From positions 6,109 to 53,305 of the forward strand of contig CAYXFZ010000003.1 in NCBI GenBank assembly GCA_964464385.1: 47,197 bases of DNA. Reading direction: 5' to 3'. Shown piece after piece: positions 1 to 8,800 of the stretch (position 1 is the first letter of the stretch; the number at the start of each line of letters is the position of its first letter). Origin of the DNA: an uncultured Planctomycetales bacterium. GTDB taxonomy: Bacteria; Planctomycetota; UBA1135. A program made the position numbers and the translations under genes. The notes below the pieces were generated by a model that saw only the letters and a list, made by a program, of their open reading frames with translations, was not told the DNA's origin and ran no database searches.

Positions 1-683
1 ACGACCGCCGCCGTGATCAAGCCGGCGGCCAGGAGCAAATCCCGCCGTGCAGCCTTGGCGGAAACGCCGCGGGCTTCGGCCAAGCCGGGGTCGAAGGCGA
101 GTTGGTCCAGGGCCGACAATCGCCACGCCAGCAAAGCGAAGCCAACCCCGAGCCAGGGCAACAAGCTCAAGGGAATGGACCATTCCGCCACGTCCACGCT
201 ACCCACCAACCAGCGATCCATGGATGGCAATCGGCGCGCATCGGAAACGTGTCGCACCAAGAGCATCAAGGCTCCGAAAAGAAAGTTGAAGGTAACGCCG
301 GCCAAAATCAGACCGTCGGCGCGTCGACTGCGGTTGGCAATCAGCAGCACCAGCAAGGTTTCTCCCAGAGCGAGAGGCAGGGCGGCGGCGCGGGGCGAAA
401 GGGCCAGCGCTGGAAAGGCAAGGGCCACAAAGGCGCCAAAGGTAGCGGCGGAAGAAACACCCAGGGTGTAGGGCGTTGCCAAGCCATTGCGCAAGACCGC
501 TTGCATGACGGCGCCGGCGACCGATAGGGACCCACCTGCCAACAAGGCCAACAGGGCGCGTTTTCCGCGCAGATCCAGGGCGCCTTCTGGTGGCGGCCAA
601 CCGGCCGGGCCAATTCCCAAGGCCAGGGCCGCCGCTCCCGTGAGGAGCAGGAGTAACAAGGCGAAGAGGCGGGTGGGTTGCAT
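1..683 (-). CDS. FecCD-family ABC transporter permease (iron-siderophore/cobalamin type), N-terminal part; runs off the window start
   Basis: Absent from the ORF track because it has no stop in the window. My minus-strand translation from ATG 683 gives MQPTRLFALLLLLLTGAAAALALGIGPAG...RGKRALLALLAGGSLSVAGAVMQAVLRNGLATPYTLGVSSAATFGA, the conserved FecCD/BtuC signature. It starts 10 nt after the ATPase stop codon. Confidence 0.8.
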   Translation of the reverse strand, partial: MQPTRLFALLLLLLTGAAALALGIGPAGWPPPEGALDLRGKRALLALLAGGSLSVAGAVMQAVLRNGLATPYTLGVSSAATFGAFVALAFPALALSPRAAALPLALGETLLVLLIANRSRRADGLILAGVTFNFLFGALMLLVRHVSDARRLPSMDRWLVGSVDVAEWSIPLSLLPWLGVGFALLAWRLSALDQLAFDPGLAEARGVSAKAARRDLLLAAGLITAAV

Positions 684-692
684 CAAGAAAAA

Positions 693-1550
693 CTAGGCGG
701 GCAATAACACCGGAGGCCCGCCGTCTCGGGGGATACGCAGGAACTTGCCGCCCATGGCATCGTCTAGTTTTGGTGAAGCAAACACTTCGGCAGGGGATCC
801 TTGTAGAACGATGTTCCCCTGATCCAAGAGGAGGAGTTCGTGGGCGTGGGCGGCGGCGAGATTCAAATCATGCGTGGCGACCAGAATGCCCAGACCTGGA
901 CGGTCCGTGTTGTCTTCGGCCAAGCCGCGCAACAAGCGCAACAAGGCCGCGTGGTGGGGGAGGTCCAGCATGGCGCCTGGCTCATCCAGCAACAACCAAT
1001 CGGGCTCTTGCGCCAGGACGGAAGCCATCAAGACGCGCCGCCTCTCGCCGCCAGAGAGCTCGGCCAAGGCGCGATGTTCCAAGTCGCGAGCGTTCACGGC
1101 ATCCAGGGCGGCGGCAATCGCTTGCCGAGCATCCGCCCGCAGGCTGGCATCAAACCAACGCCCATGGCCGGCAACGCGCGCGCCCAAGGCCACAGTTTCA
1201 TCCACTTGCCAAGCAAATTGCGGCAGGATTTCTTGCGGCAAATAACCGATGCGTTGTGCTCGATTGGCCGGGCTGAGTTCATGTAGCGGCTTGTCTTCCA
1301 AAAACACTTGTCCGGAACTCGGCGCATGCAAACCGGCCAAGACCCGGAGCAGAGTGGACTTTCCGGATCCGTTGCAACCCACCAGTGCCAACATGCGCCC
1401 GCGTGGCACTTTCAGGTCGAGGTCTTGCAGCACGGTGGCGCAGACCGGATAACCAGCATGGACGGAGGTGGCGTGCAGGGTCACGGGTGCCCCATCTTCG
1501 CCCCTGCTATCCTTCCATGCCATGCCGGATTCTGGCACCTCTTCCGACAC
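693..1550 (-). CDS. ABC transporter ATP-binding protein (FepC/BtuD-like importer ATPase)
   Basis: Walker A GCNGSGKST, signature LSGGERRR, Walker B LLLLDEP, H-loop ATHD. The start is uncertain: ATG 1550, ATG 1523 and GTG 1484 are all in frame. Confidence 0.9.
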   Translation of the reverse strand: MSEEVPESGMAWKDSRGEDGAPVTLHATSVHAGYPVCATVLQDLDLKVPRGRMLALVGCNGSGKSTLLRVLAGLHAPSSGQVFLEDKPLHELSPANRAQRIGYLPQEILPQFAWQVDETVALGARVAGHGRWFDASLRADARQAIAAALDAVNARDLEHRALAELSGGERRRVLMASVLAQEPDWLLLDEPGAMLDLPHHAALLRLLRGLAEDNTDRPGLGILVATHDLNLAAAHAHELLLLDQGNIVLQGSPAEVFASPKLDDAMGGKFLRIPRDGGPPVLLPA

Positions 1551-2112
1551 TCGTCTTCAGGCCCGCTTGGCCGAGGCGCAGGCGGCCTATGCCTGCCTCG
1601 ACGATGCGTTTCTGGAAGCGGTCGAAACTGCGGCCGACTGGGCAATCGAGTCCTTACGCGGCGGAGGTGGGGTCTATCTTCTAGGCAACGGCGGTTCGGC
1701 CGCCGATGCTCAGCACTGGGCCGCGGAGTTGGTGGGTCGCTATTTGGAAGAGCGGCCGCCCCTGAATGTCCACGCCCTGACCACCAACACCAGCACGCTG
1801 ACGGCGTTGGCCAACGACTATCCGGCGGAAGAAATTTTTGAGCGGCAGGTCCGTGCCCACGTCCAAAAAGGTGATTTGTTGCTGGCCATCAGCACCAGCG
1901 GCCAATCGGAAAATGTGCTACGGGCTGTGCGCACGGCGCAGGCCCAGGGCGCCCGAGCCGTTGGTGTTTGCGGCAAGGGTGGCGGGCCGCTGGCCGAACT
2001 TTGTGACTTGGCCATGGTGGCGCCCAGCCAGGACACGCCCCGCATCCAGGAAATCCACCTCTTATTCGGCCACCTCTTCTGCGAGCGGGTCGAACAAGCG
2101 TTTTTGAATTAA
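1522..2112 (+). CDS. gmhA: SIS-domain phosphoheptose isomerase-like protein (GmhA/DiaA family)
   Basis: LGNGGSAADAQHWAAEL, ISTSGQSENV and QEIHLLFGHL motifs. The track ORF begins at 1468, but ATG 1522 (MPDSGTSS...) fits the family length better. Confidence 0.8.
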   Translation: MPDSGTSSDTRLQARLAEAQAAYACLDDAFLEAVETAADWAIESLRGGGGVYLLGNGGSAADAQHWAAELVGRYLEERPPLNVHALTTNTSTLTALANDYPAEEIFERQVRAHVQKGDLLLAISTSGQSENVLRAVRTAQAQGARAVGVCGKGGGPLAELCDLAMVAPSQDTPRIQEIHLLFGHLFCERVEQAFLN

Positions 2113-2928
2113 GCCTGCCGCTTCCGCCATGCGCGGGCCGGGTTGCACCACAAAGTCTTCGGCAATGGCGTGTACGCGACCACTTTTTACGGCTGCAAGC
2201 AACGGCCACCCTTGGCGCCAAAGCGACAGCGGGTTTGGGTTGTTGGGAAGGGCAAACTCCAAAATGACTTGCGGCGGGGATTTCAGCAACTCTTCCTCGA
2301 TGAGATCAAAGTAGGGACGGGGCGAATCCGCAAAAAGATTTTTGCCACCGGCGGCTTCGACCAGAAAAGAGAGGAAGGAGGGGCCGCCGGCGACGATCAG
2401 TCCCGAGGCCTCCTCGGGCCGACGCGCGACAACAAGAAGCACGGATGGTGCAACGCCTTGCGGTCGGCGAGCTTGCACTGCGGCCAACTCTTGTCGTGCC
2501 CGCTGGACGAGCTCCGCCGCGACTTCGGGAACGCGAAACAGCGCGCCCAAGGTGGCGACCTCGTTTTCCCAGTCTTCCCAAGTGTCGGTGTGAAAGGCGT
2601 GCAGAGGGATGTCTTGCTGCTGGCAAAGGGCCTCCAGGGTCGGAATGTCTCCTTGGCAGAGCACCAGGTCCGGTCGGGCGGCCAAGACCCGCTCCAAGGA
2701 AGGGTCGGCGATTCCGCCAATGCGGGGTCGATCTTGGAGGGCGTCTGTGCGGCACCAATCGGAGACCGCCACCACCCGATCAGCCAAGCCCAAGGCGCAG
2801 AGGGTTTCGGCCGTGGATGGCCCGATCACCACCACGCGCTCCTGGGGGGAGTTCCAGGAGGGCTTGGTGGAATCGGGCTGGCAAGCCAATCCAAAGCCGA
2901 GAGTTCCGAGGAACAAGAGCAAGCGCAC
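2062..2928 (-). CDS. Periplasmic substrate-binding lipoprotein of an iron-siderophore/cobalamin-type ABC importer (BtuF/FhuD-like)
   Basis: Signal peptide with lipobox LGFGLAC. VVVIGPSTAETLCALGLADRVVAVSDW is typical of class-8 binding proteins. GTG start. Same strand as the ATPase and permease genes. Confidence 0.8.
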   Translation of the reverse strand: MRLLLFLGTLGFGLACQPDSTKPSWNSPQERVVVIGPSTAETLCALGLADRVVAVSDWCRTDALQDRPRIGGIADPSLERVLAARPDLVLCQGDIPTLEALCQQQDIPLHAFHTDTWEDWENEVATLGALFRVPEVAAELVQRARQELAAVQARRPQGVAPSVLLVVARRPEEASGLIVAGGPSFLSFLVEAAGGKNLFADSPRPYFDLIEEELLKSPPQVILEFALPNNPNPLSLWRQGWPLLAAVKSGRVHAIAEDFVVQPGPRMAEAAGLIQKRLFDPLAEEVAE

Positions 2929-2950
2929 AGAGGGATTCTAGAATCCGTCG

Positions 2951-3499
2951 GTGACGAATGCTCCGACCCTGCGCTGGCTCGCTTTTCCTCTTGCGGCCTG
3001 TGTTTCTTGCGCGGCCGTTTCGGGTGAAAGTGAGCTTGCTTTTCACGGCGGATTTTCGGCCCTCCCCAACATGGGCCTGACCTTGGGCGGCGAGCAGGTG
3101 TTTGCGGCGATGTCTGAGGATGGTGCCGAATGGTCCGTGACCTTGGACGGCACTTTGCAGCCTTGGGATGAAGAACTCTTCCATGACGACGGCAATCCCG
3201 CCGCCGGAACCTGGTCGCAAGTGCAACTTGGATTGCGCCGCACCACGCTTTCGGAGGATGGCCGCCGCTGGTCTTGGCGGGGAGGAGCCATGTGGGCGCG
3301 GGCGGGATCTTTTCCCAATTTGGTTCAGAAAGAGGGGGATTACAACGGCGGCTATGTCAGTTATGGATTTGCTTCTCCCTTTGCCGACGGTTGGTGGCTG
3401 GGCCCGGAAATTTCGTTGATTCTGGTCGAGCACGAAGGAAGCATTTCGGAAGTGGGCTTTTTCCCGCAGTTGGTTTGGCGCGCTGAGCGTCGTTTTTGA
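2951..3499 (+). CDS. Hypothetical secreted protein, possible small outer-membrane beta-barrel
   Basis: N-terminal signal-like segment LRWLAFPLAACVSCAAVSG. Alternating aromatic/Gly-rich segments. C-terminal residue is Phe (...VWRAERRF). GTG start. No family recognised. Confidence 0.5.
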   Translation: MTNAPTLRWLAFPLAACVSCAAVSGESELAFHGGFSALPNMGLTLGGEQVFAAMSEDGAEWSVTLDGTLQPWDEELFHDDGNPAAGTWSQVQLGLRRTTLSEDGRRWSWRGGAMWARAGSFPNLVQKEGDYNGGYVSYGFASPFADGWWLGPEISLILVEHEGSISEVGFFPQLVWRAERRF

Positions 3500-3558
3500 G
3501 CGCGGTTCCGGGTTTCCTCTCGTTTCCAAAGAGACCTCGACCGTAGGATTGGACACCC

Positions 3559-5409
3559 ATGGGACTGGACGCACTCTTGGTCGTCGCGCTGACCTTCGGC
3601 ATGCTCGTCCTTCTCGTTTTGGAGAAGGCGACCCTGGATGCACTCGGTTTGGGTCTGCTCTTGGCCTTGGTCGGCATTGGCGAGTTGATGCAGTGGGTGG
3701 ATCCGTCCTTTGACCCGGCCACACGACTGATTTCCGCCCAAGACGCCCTGCGTTTTTTTGGCAACCCCGCCGTCCTCATGATTGCCTGCCTTTACGTGGT
3801 GGGCGAGGGTCTCACGCGCACTGGAGCGCTGGAATTCATTGCCCGTGGGGTGTTGCGCTTTAGCGGGGGAAAACCTCGGCGCATGGTGCTGTTGGTGGGC
3901 ATGGTCGCCGGATCGCTGTCCGCTTTTCTCAACAACACCGGCGTGGTCGTGGCCTTCATTCCAGTCCTCGTTGGTCTCTCTCAAAAATCCGGCATCCCAG
4001 CTTCCCGCCTGATGATGCCGCTGGCATTTGCCTCGGCCTTGGGCGGCATGTGCACCTTGGTCGGAACCTCGACCAACCTCTTGGTCAGCGGAGTGATTGA
4101 AGACATTGGCTTGGAGCCTCTGGGAATGTTCGAAATGGCCTACGTGGGCGTGCCCGTCATGATTGCGGGCGTGTTGTTCATGGCAATTTTTGCCAAAAAA
4201 CTGCTTCCCAAGCGCCATTCATTGACCACGACCGTGGAAGGATCTCCTGCCCGGGAATACGTGACCGAATTGCAGATTGGCGCCAATTCCCCTTTGGTCG
4301 GCCAGTCTTACCGCACCGCCTTCACGGCCGCCGAGGCCGAGTTGTTGTTCTTTGTGCGCAATGAGTCCATGATTTGGCCGCCCTACGAAGACCAGGCTAT
4401 TGAAGAGGGAGATGTGGTGATGTTGCGCGGCAAGGCTGACAGCTTGGTCGGCTTGCAGGATGAGCTCGGCCTCAAGTTGTTCAGCGATGTGCGTTTTGAT
4501 CCGCGCTCGATGCAGTTCTTTGAGCTTGCCGTGGCTCCCCATTCGTCCATGATTGGCCGCAAGGTCAAAGACCTGCACCTGATGCGGGATTACGGTTGCG
4601 TCCCCGTCGCCGTATTGCGGGACGGCTACCACATTCGCGAGCGTGCTTCGGAGTTGGTATTGCATCCCGGCGATCTCCTGCTGGTTTGTGGCGACGATCG
4701 CGCGCAAAGCCTGATCCGTGCTCGGTCGGACTTCTTTCTCTTGGTCGGCGCCCACGAATGGGTGGTGTTGCGCAGTCGCGGCAGGCGGGCCCTGACGGTC
4801 GCTTCCTTACTCATGGGGGTGCTGGCGGCCTGCTCTCTGACCGGTCACACGAATCTTCTGCCCATCGCCGCTTTTGCCGGCGCACTGGCCATGGTCGGCA
4901 CCGGCAGTTTGCGCGCCCGTCGCGCGTATCGGAGCATTGATTGGCCAATCCTGATCTTCATCATTGGCACCTTGGCCTTGGGTCGTGCCCTGGACAACAC
5001 TGGGGCCACCGGGTTTTTCGCCGAGCACATGGTGTCGCTGGTTTCTCCACAGGGCCCACTCTGGGTCGTTGGCGCGTTGGTGGTCTTGAGCGCCCTGTTG
5101 AGCTCGTTGATTTCCAATGCCGCTGTGGCCGTTTTGTTGACTCCCATTGCCTTGCGCGTGGCTGAAGATCTTGTGGCCACAGGCGGGGCCATCGGGCACG
5201 ATCCTGGCAGCATTGTCCGAGCCTGCATTTTGGCCGTTGCCTTTGGCTCCTCCATTTGCTTTGCCACCCCGGTTGGCCATCAAGTCAACCTGATCGTGTA
5301 TGGGCCAGGTGGCTACCGTTTCTCCGATTTCCTGCGTATGGGGCTACCTTTGAGCCTCATGGCCTGCGCGATGGTGATTTTTGGGCTATCCTGGGCGTTC
5401 GGCCTTTAG
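3559..5409 (+). CDS. SLC13/DASS-family anion permease with two central TrkA-C (RCK_C) domains
   Basis: 616 aa. Hydrophobic halves flank two repeats of the RCK_C type (LQIGANSPLVGQSYR... and LAVAPHSSMIGRKVKDL...GDLLLVCGD). NNTGVV and SNAAVAVLL transporter motifs. Confidence 0.85.
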   Translation: MGLDALLVVALTFGMLVLLVLEKATLDALGLGLLLALVGIGELMQWVDPSFDPATRLISAQDALRFFGNPAVLMIACLYVVGEGLTRTGALEFIARGVLRFSGGKPRRMVLLVGMVAGSLSAFLNNTGVVVAFIPVLVGLSQKSGIPASRLMMPLAFASALGGMCTLVGTSTNLLVSGVIEDIGLEPLGMFEMAYVGVPVMIAGVLFMAIFAKKLLPKRHSLTTTVEGSPAREYVTELQIGANSPLVGQSYRTAFTAAEAELLFFVRNESMIWPPYEDQAIEEGDVVMLRGKADSLVGLQDELGLKLFSDVRFDPRSMQFFELAVAPHSSMIGRKVKDLHLMRDYGCVPVAVLRDGYHIRERASELVLHPGDLLLVCGDDRAQSLIRARSDFFLLVGAHEWVVLRSRGRRALTVASLLMGVLAACSLTGHTNLLPIAAFAGALAMVGTGSLRARRAYRSIDWPILIFIIGTLALGRALDNTGATGFFAEHMVSLVSPQGPLWVVGALVVLSALLSSLISNAAVAVLLTPIALRVAEDLVATGGAIGHDPGSIVRACILAVAFGSSICFATPVGHQVNLIVYGPGGYRFSDFLRMGLPLSLMACAMVIFGLSWAFGL

Positions 5410-5516
5410 TCCGCTGGACTACCCCCTCTTTTTGAGGAGAGCGCCGAAACATCCCCTCCCTTTTGGGGTATCATTCGCAGTCCATTGGACCTCTCCCTGG
5501 AAACACTCAAAAAACC

Positions 5517-6269
5517 ATGCAAAAAGCCCCTTTGATACTGGCCGCCGCCCTTGTTTGCGGAGGTGTTGGCGGATGGATTGGAACTTCTTTCTTTGGCGGG
5601 CCGCCCGAGGTGGCCTCCGATTCAGCCTCTGCTCCCCTGCTGGCTGCCATTGACAACTCGGACGATTTCAACGCTCTTGCTCGCGAATTGCAGGGCATGC
5701 ACGCTCGTCTTGACGGCATGCAAGATGATCTCGGTCGTCGTCAGCAGGTCATCGTCCCTGCGCCCGCAACGGAAACGGCCGGCCCTAGTAACGCCACATA
5801 CTCTGGTCCCGCCATTGACACGGTTTACCTTCGCGACCAATTGGATCAACTCCTAGACGAGCGCCAAGAAGAGCGCGACAAGGAACGCCAGGACCGGGAC
5901 GCTCAACGTACCAAAGACCGGATTTCCCGCCAGATCGACCGATTGACGGAAGAATTGGGTTTGGATTCCATTCAAGCTCAAGAACTCCAACGTATCTTGA
6001 CGGAGCAAACCGAGAAGACTCGGCAAGCCATGCAAGAGATGCGGGATGCCGGCGAGGGCTGGGACGTCATCCGGGAAGAAATGCAGAAGTACCGGGACGA
6101 GGCCAACAGCCAAATCCAGACCGTGCTTCTTCCTGACCAGTATGAGGGCTATCAAGATTCCTCAGCAAGTCGTCGCTTTGGTGGTTGGGGTCGCGGCGAC
6201 AGCGGCGGCGGAAATAACAACAGCGGACGTGGTGGCCGCGGCCGTGACGGTGGCCGCTCCCCTTTCTAG
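5517..6269 (+). CDS. Hypothetical membrane-anchored or secreted coiled-coil protein with Arg/Gly-rich tail
   Basis: The track ORF starts at TTG 5463; ATG 5517 gives MQKAPLILAAALVCGGVGGW (signal/anchor). Highly charged E/R/D/Q helical centre. C-terminal GGWGRGDSGGGNNNSGRGGRGRDGGRSPF. Confidence 0.6.
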   Translation: MQKAPLILAAALVCGGVGGWIGTSFFGGPPEVASDSASAPLLAAIDNSDDFNALARELQGMHARLDGMQDDLGRRQQVIVPAPATETAGPSNATYSGPAIDTVYLRDQLDQLLDERQEERDKERQDRDAQRTKDRISRQIDRLTEELGLDSIQAQELQRILTEQTEKTRQAMQEMRDAGEGWDVIREEMQKYRDEANSQIQTVLLPDQYEGYQDSSASRRFGGWGRGDSGGGNNNSGRGGRGRDGGRSPF

Positions 6270-6295
6270 GGCAATCTCCACCCAGATCGGGACGC

Positions 6296-7036
6296 TTAGG
6301 TGCGGGGCGCTTCATAAAGCGCCTCGCATTTTTTTTGCAGTTCCGCCGCCAAATCTTTGCGATCCGTCAATCCATGCACAGGGTCTCCGTGTCGAATCTC
6401 GCATTCGATATCTGTCCGGCAGGCAATTTCAAAGACGTGCCAGTTCAGGGAAGTCGTTTCGGGCCACCAAGCATCTCGCGAGGAGTATCGAAACACGGCG
6501 GGGACACAAGGGACTTCCAGCGAGGCGGGCGCGGCCAGCAGTGGCGGCCGAAAAGGACGGATGGTCTCGCCGGAACCAGCCCCGCCCTCGGCGAACATCA
6601 TGATGCGCACCCCACGATCTAAGAGGTGGTGGAGTTCTTCCCGCAGGCGGTGGGTGTCGCGGGAGCGACTCCGATTGACGAACAGAGTTCCTGAGGCTTG
6701 GGCGATCCAACCAAACAAGGGCCAGCCGGAGATTTCAGCTTTGGCAATGAAACTGCCCAGATAGGCGCCACCCAAGAGGGGAATATCCATCCAGGAAACG
6801 TGGTTGGCGACCACGAAGGAACCCTTTGGGGGTAGCGGTCCCGTCACTCGCACTCGAACGCCGAGGATGCGAGTTGTCCCCCAACCCCAGAGCCAGGTCC
6901 AGAAAGAACCCGTTCGAATGCGGAAGGCGAGGGGCGTCGGGGTTAGCAGAATGCGCATGGCAATGCAGGGGACGCCAATCAACACGAGCCAGATTGCCAT
7001 TCCCACCATCCTGCTCGCACCCAACAGCTTGCGCAT
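6296..7036 (-). CDS. plsC: 1-acyl-sn-glycerol-3-phosphate acyltransferase family protein
   Basis: HXXXXD motif in VVANHVSWMDIPLL; FAEGG and RPFRP blocks. Trimmed to ATG 7036 (MRKLLG...), which avoids the overlap with the pntB 3' end. Confidence 0.85.
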   Translation of the reverse strand: MRKLLGASRMVGMAIWLVLIGVPCIAMRILLTPTPLAFRIRTGSFWTWLWGWGTTRILGVRVRVTGPLPPKGSFVVANHVSWMDIPLLGGAYLGSFIAKAEISGWPLFGWIAQASGTLFVNRSRSRDTHRLREELHHLLDRGVRIMMFAEGGAGSGETIRPFRPPLLAAPASLEVPCVPAVFRYSSRDAWWPETTSLNWHVFEIACRTDIECEIRHGDPVHGLTDRKDLAAELQKKCEALYEAPRT

Positions 7037-7038
7037 GC

Positions 7039-8490
7039 TTAGATGTCCTTGAGTTCTTGCAAGACGGCTTCCAAGAACTGCTTGCCGTCGCCGAAGCACA
7101 TGTAGTTGTTGTCGCGCTCGAAAAGAGAGTTCTTGATGCCGGCATAGCCCGGCGAAAGAGAGCGCTTCACCATAAGGGATGTGCCGGCCTCAAAGGCGTT
7201 CAGGATGGGCATGCCAGCAATGGGGCTCTGCGGATCTTCGATGGCGGCGGGGTTGACGACATCGTTGGCGCCAATGATCACGCAGACATCGGTAGTCTTG
7301 AATTCGCTGTTGATGCGCTCCAGTTCAAAGAGCTGTTCGTAGGGAACATCGGCCTCGGCCAGTAGAACATTCATGTGGCCAGGCATGCGGCCAGCGACCG
7401 GGTGGATGGCATATCTCACGGTGCAGCCGTTTTTCTCCAACACCTCGCCGAGTTCTTTGACGACATGTTGGGCCTGGGCGACGGCCATGCCATAACCGGG
7501 TACGAAGATGACGGATTCCGCAGCGTCCAAGATCATGGACGCTTCTTCAGCCGAAGCTTGTTTGTAACTGGTGTATTCGTCGGCGCGACTCCCGCCCGCG
7601 CTCTTTGGAGTGTCGCCGCCAAAACCGCCGACCAAGACATTGGCCAAGGAGCGGTTCATGGCCTTGCACATAATGATGGTCAAAATCATGCCGGCGGCGC
7701 CGACCAGAGCACCGGCCACAATGAGGAGCGAGTTGCCAATGACAAAGCCGGCCATGGCGGCGGCAATGCCCGAGTAGGAATTCAAAAGGGAAACGACGAC
7801 GGGCATGTCGGCACCGCCAATCGGCAGGACCGAGACCACACCGAAAATTGCCGCGCAGGCTATGAGGCCGATGAGCAGGGTGCTTGGATCCAGATCCGCA
7901 AGAAGGGGTAGGCCAAGACCGAAACCGGCTTCCACCCCACAGGCAATGCCGCCGACCAAAAGCACGGCCACGAGCAAGTGCCGCAAGGGAAGGATGATCG
8001 AATTGCCGGAAATTTTGCCGGACAACTTACCCATGGCCATGAGTGAGCCGGTGAAGGTGACCGTGCCGACCAAAACGGAAAGTAGAACGGCAATCGCCCA
8101 GACTTCGCGACCCAGGATGACGTCTCCAGGAGCAATCGCGGTCCCGAAATCGCGGCCCCAGAATTCAGACAGAGCGACCATGGTTGAGGCTAGGCCGCCG
8201 AAGCCGTTGAACAAGGCCACCATCTCGGGCATGCCAGTCATGGCAACGCGTTTGGCCATGACGGCGCCGATCAGGCTGCCGGCGACTAACCCAATTCCCA
8301 CCATTTTCCAATCCAATTCAATGCCAACACCGGGGGCGACCAAGGTGACGACAATGGCCAGGAGCATGCCCAGAGCCGAGAGTTGGTTGCCGGAGCGGGC
8401 GGTTTTGACCTTGCCCAAGCGTTTGATGCCGACGACAAACAAGGCCGTGGCCACCAAATAAAGAAGTTGCGCGATGCTGAAGCCTTCCAT
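7039..8490 (-). CDS. pntB: NAD(P) transhydrogenase subunit beta
   Basis: N-terminal polytopic domain plus C-terminal dIII domain: GYGMAVAQAQH...HPVAGRMPGHMNVLLAEA...IIGANDVVNP. Confidence 0.95.
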   Translation of the reverse strand: MEGFSIAQLLYLVATALFVVGIKRLGKVKTARSGNQLSALGMLLAIVVTLVAPGVGIELDWKMVGIGLVAGSLIGAVMAKRVAMTGMPEMVALFNGFGGLASTMVALSEFWGRDFGTAIAPGDVILGREVWAIAVLLSVLVGTVTFTGSLMAMGKLSGKISGNSIILPLRHLLVAVLLVGGIACGVEAGFGLGLPLLADLDPSTLLIGLIACAAIFGVVSVLPIGGADMPVVVSLLNSYSGIAAAMAGFVIGNSLLIVAGALVGAAGMILTIIMCKAMNRSLANVLVGGFGGDTPKSAGGSRADEYTSYKQASAEEASMILDAAESVIFVPGYGMAVAQAQHVVKELGEVLEKNGCTVRYAIHPVAGRMPGHMNVLLAEADVPYEQLFELERINSEFKTTDVCVIIGANDVVNPAAIEDPQSPIAGMPILNAFEAGTSLMVKRSLSPGYAGIKNSLFERDNNYMCFGDGKQFLEAVLQELKDI

Positions 8491-8491
8491 C

Positions 8492-8800
8492 TCAGTTGCT
8501 CCGCTTCTTTTTCTTGCTGGCGAACATGGCCAGCATGCGGTCGGTGACTAGGAAACCGCCGACAACATTGATCATGGCGAAGGTGATGGCCAAAACTCCC
8601 AAGACGGGGGCCGCTGAGGCAAAAAGGCTCCCTTCTTTTGCGAATTGAGCGCACATCAGGGCGCCAACAATGGTGATACCCGAAATGGCGTTGGCGCCGG
8701 ACATCAACGGAGTGTGCAAGGTGGGCGGCACCTTGGAAATCAGCTCGTTGCCGGCAAAGATGGCCAGCACGAACACGAAGAGCATCAGGAGGAAGATCAT
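8492..8800 (-). CDS. pntAB: NAD(P) transhydrogenase subunit alpha part 2 (membrane)
   Basis: 102-aa three-TM protein with HTPLMSGANAISGITIVGA. Sits between pntAA and pntB with 1-4 nt junctions. Confidence 0.9.
   Translation of the reverse strand: MIFLLMLFVFVLAIFAGNELISKVPPTLHTPLMSGANAISGITIVGALMCAQFAKEGSLFASAAPVLGVLAITFAMINVVGGFLVTDRMLAMFASKKKKRSN

Noticed and set aside
13-613. Several plus- and minus-strand track ORFs at the window start (13-471, 47-289, 102-527, 199-600, 341-613).
   Set aside because: All are off-frame relative to the minus-strand FecCD permease reading frame (ATG 683 to the window edge). That frame carries conserved transporter motifs; these ORFs are compositionally junk.
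2929-2950. Cobalamin riboswitch or Fur box upstream of the BtuF/FhuD-like importer genes.
   Set aside because: Only 22 bp separate the divergent starts, and there is no long leader before the ATPase or binding-protein genes. That is too little room for a ~200-nt riboswitch, and I saw no recognisable Fur-box palindrome.
2780-3724. Long ORFs antisense to or out of frame with well-supported genes. Examples: 2780-3724(-), 3361-4218(-), 17509-18597(+), 31254-32264(-), 34834-36249(-), 42015-43175(-), 44581-45636(+), 23031-23870(-).
   Set aside because: Their translations are Arg/Pro/Gly/Ala-rich low-complexity strings with no motifs. This is typical of spurious open frames in GC-rich DNA. Each is fully covered by a gene with clear family signatures on the other strand or frame.
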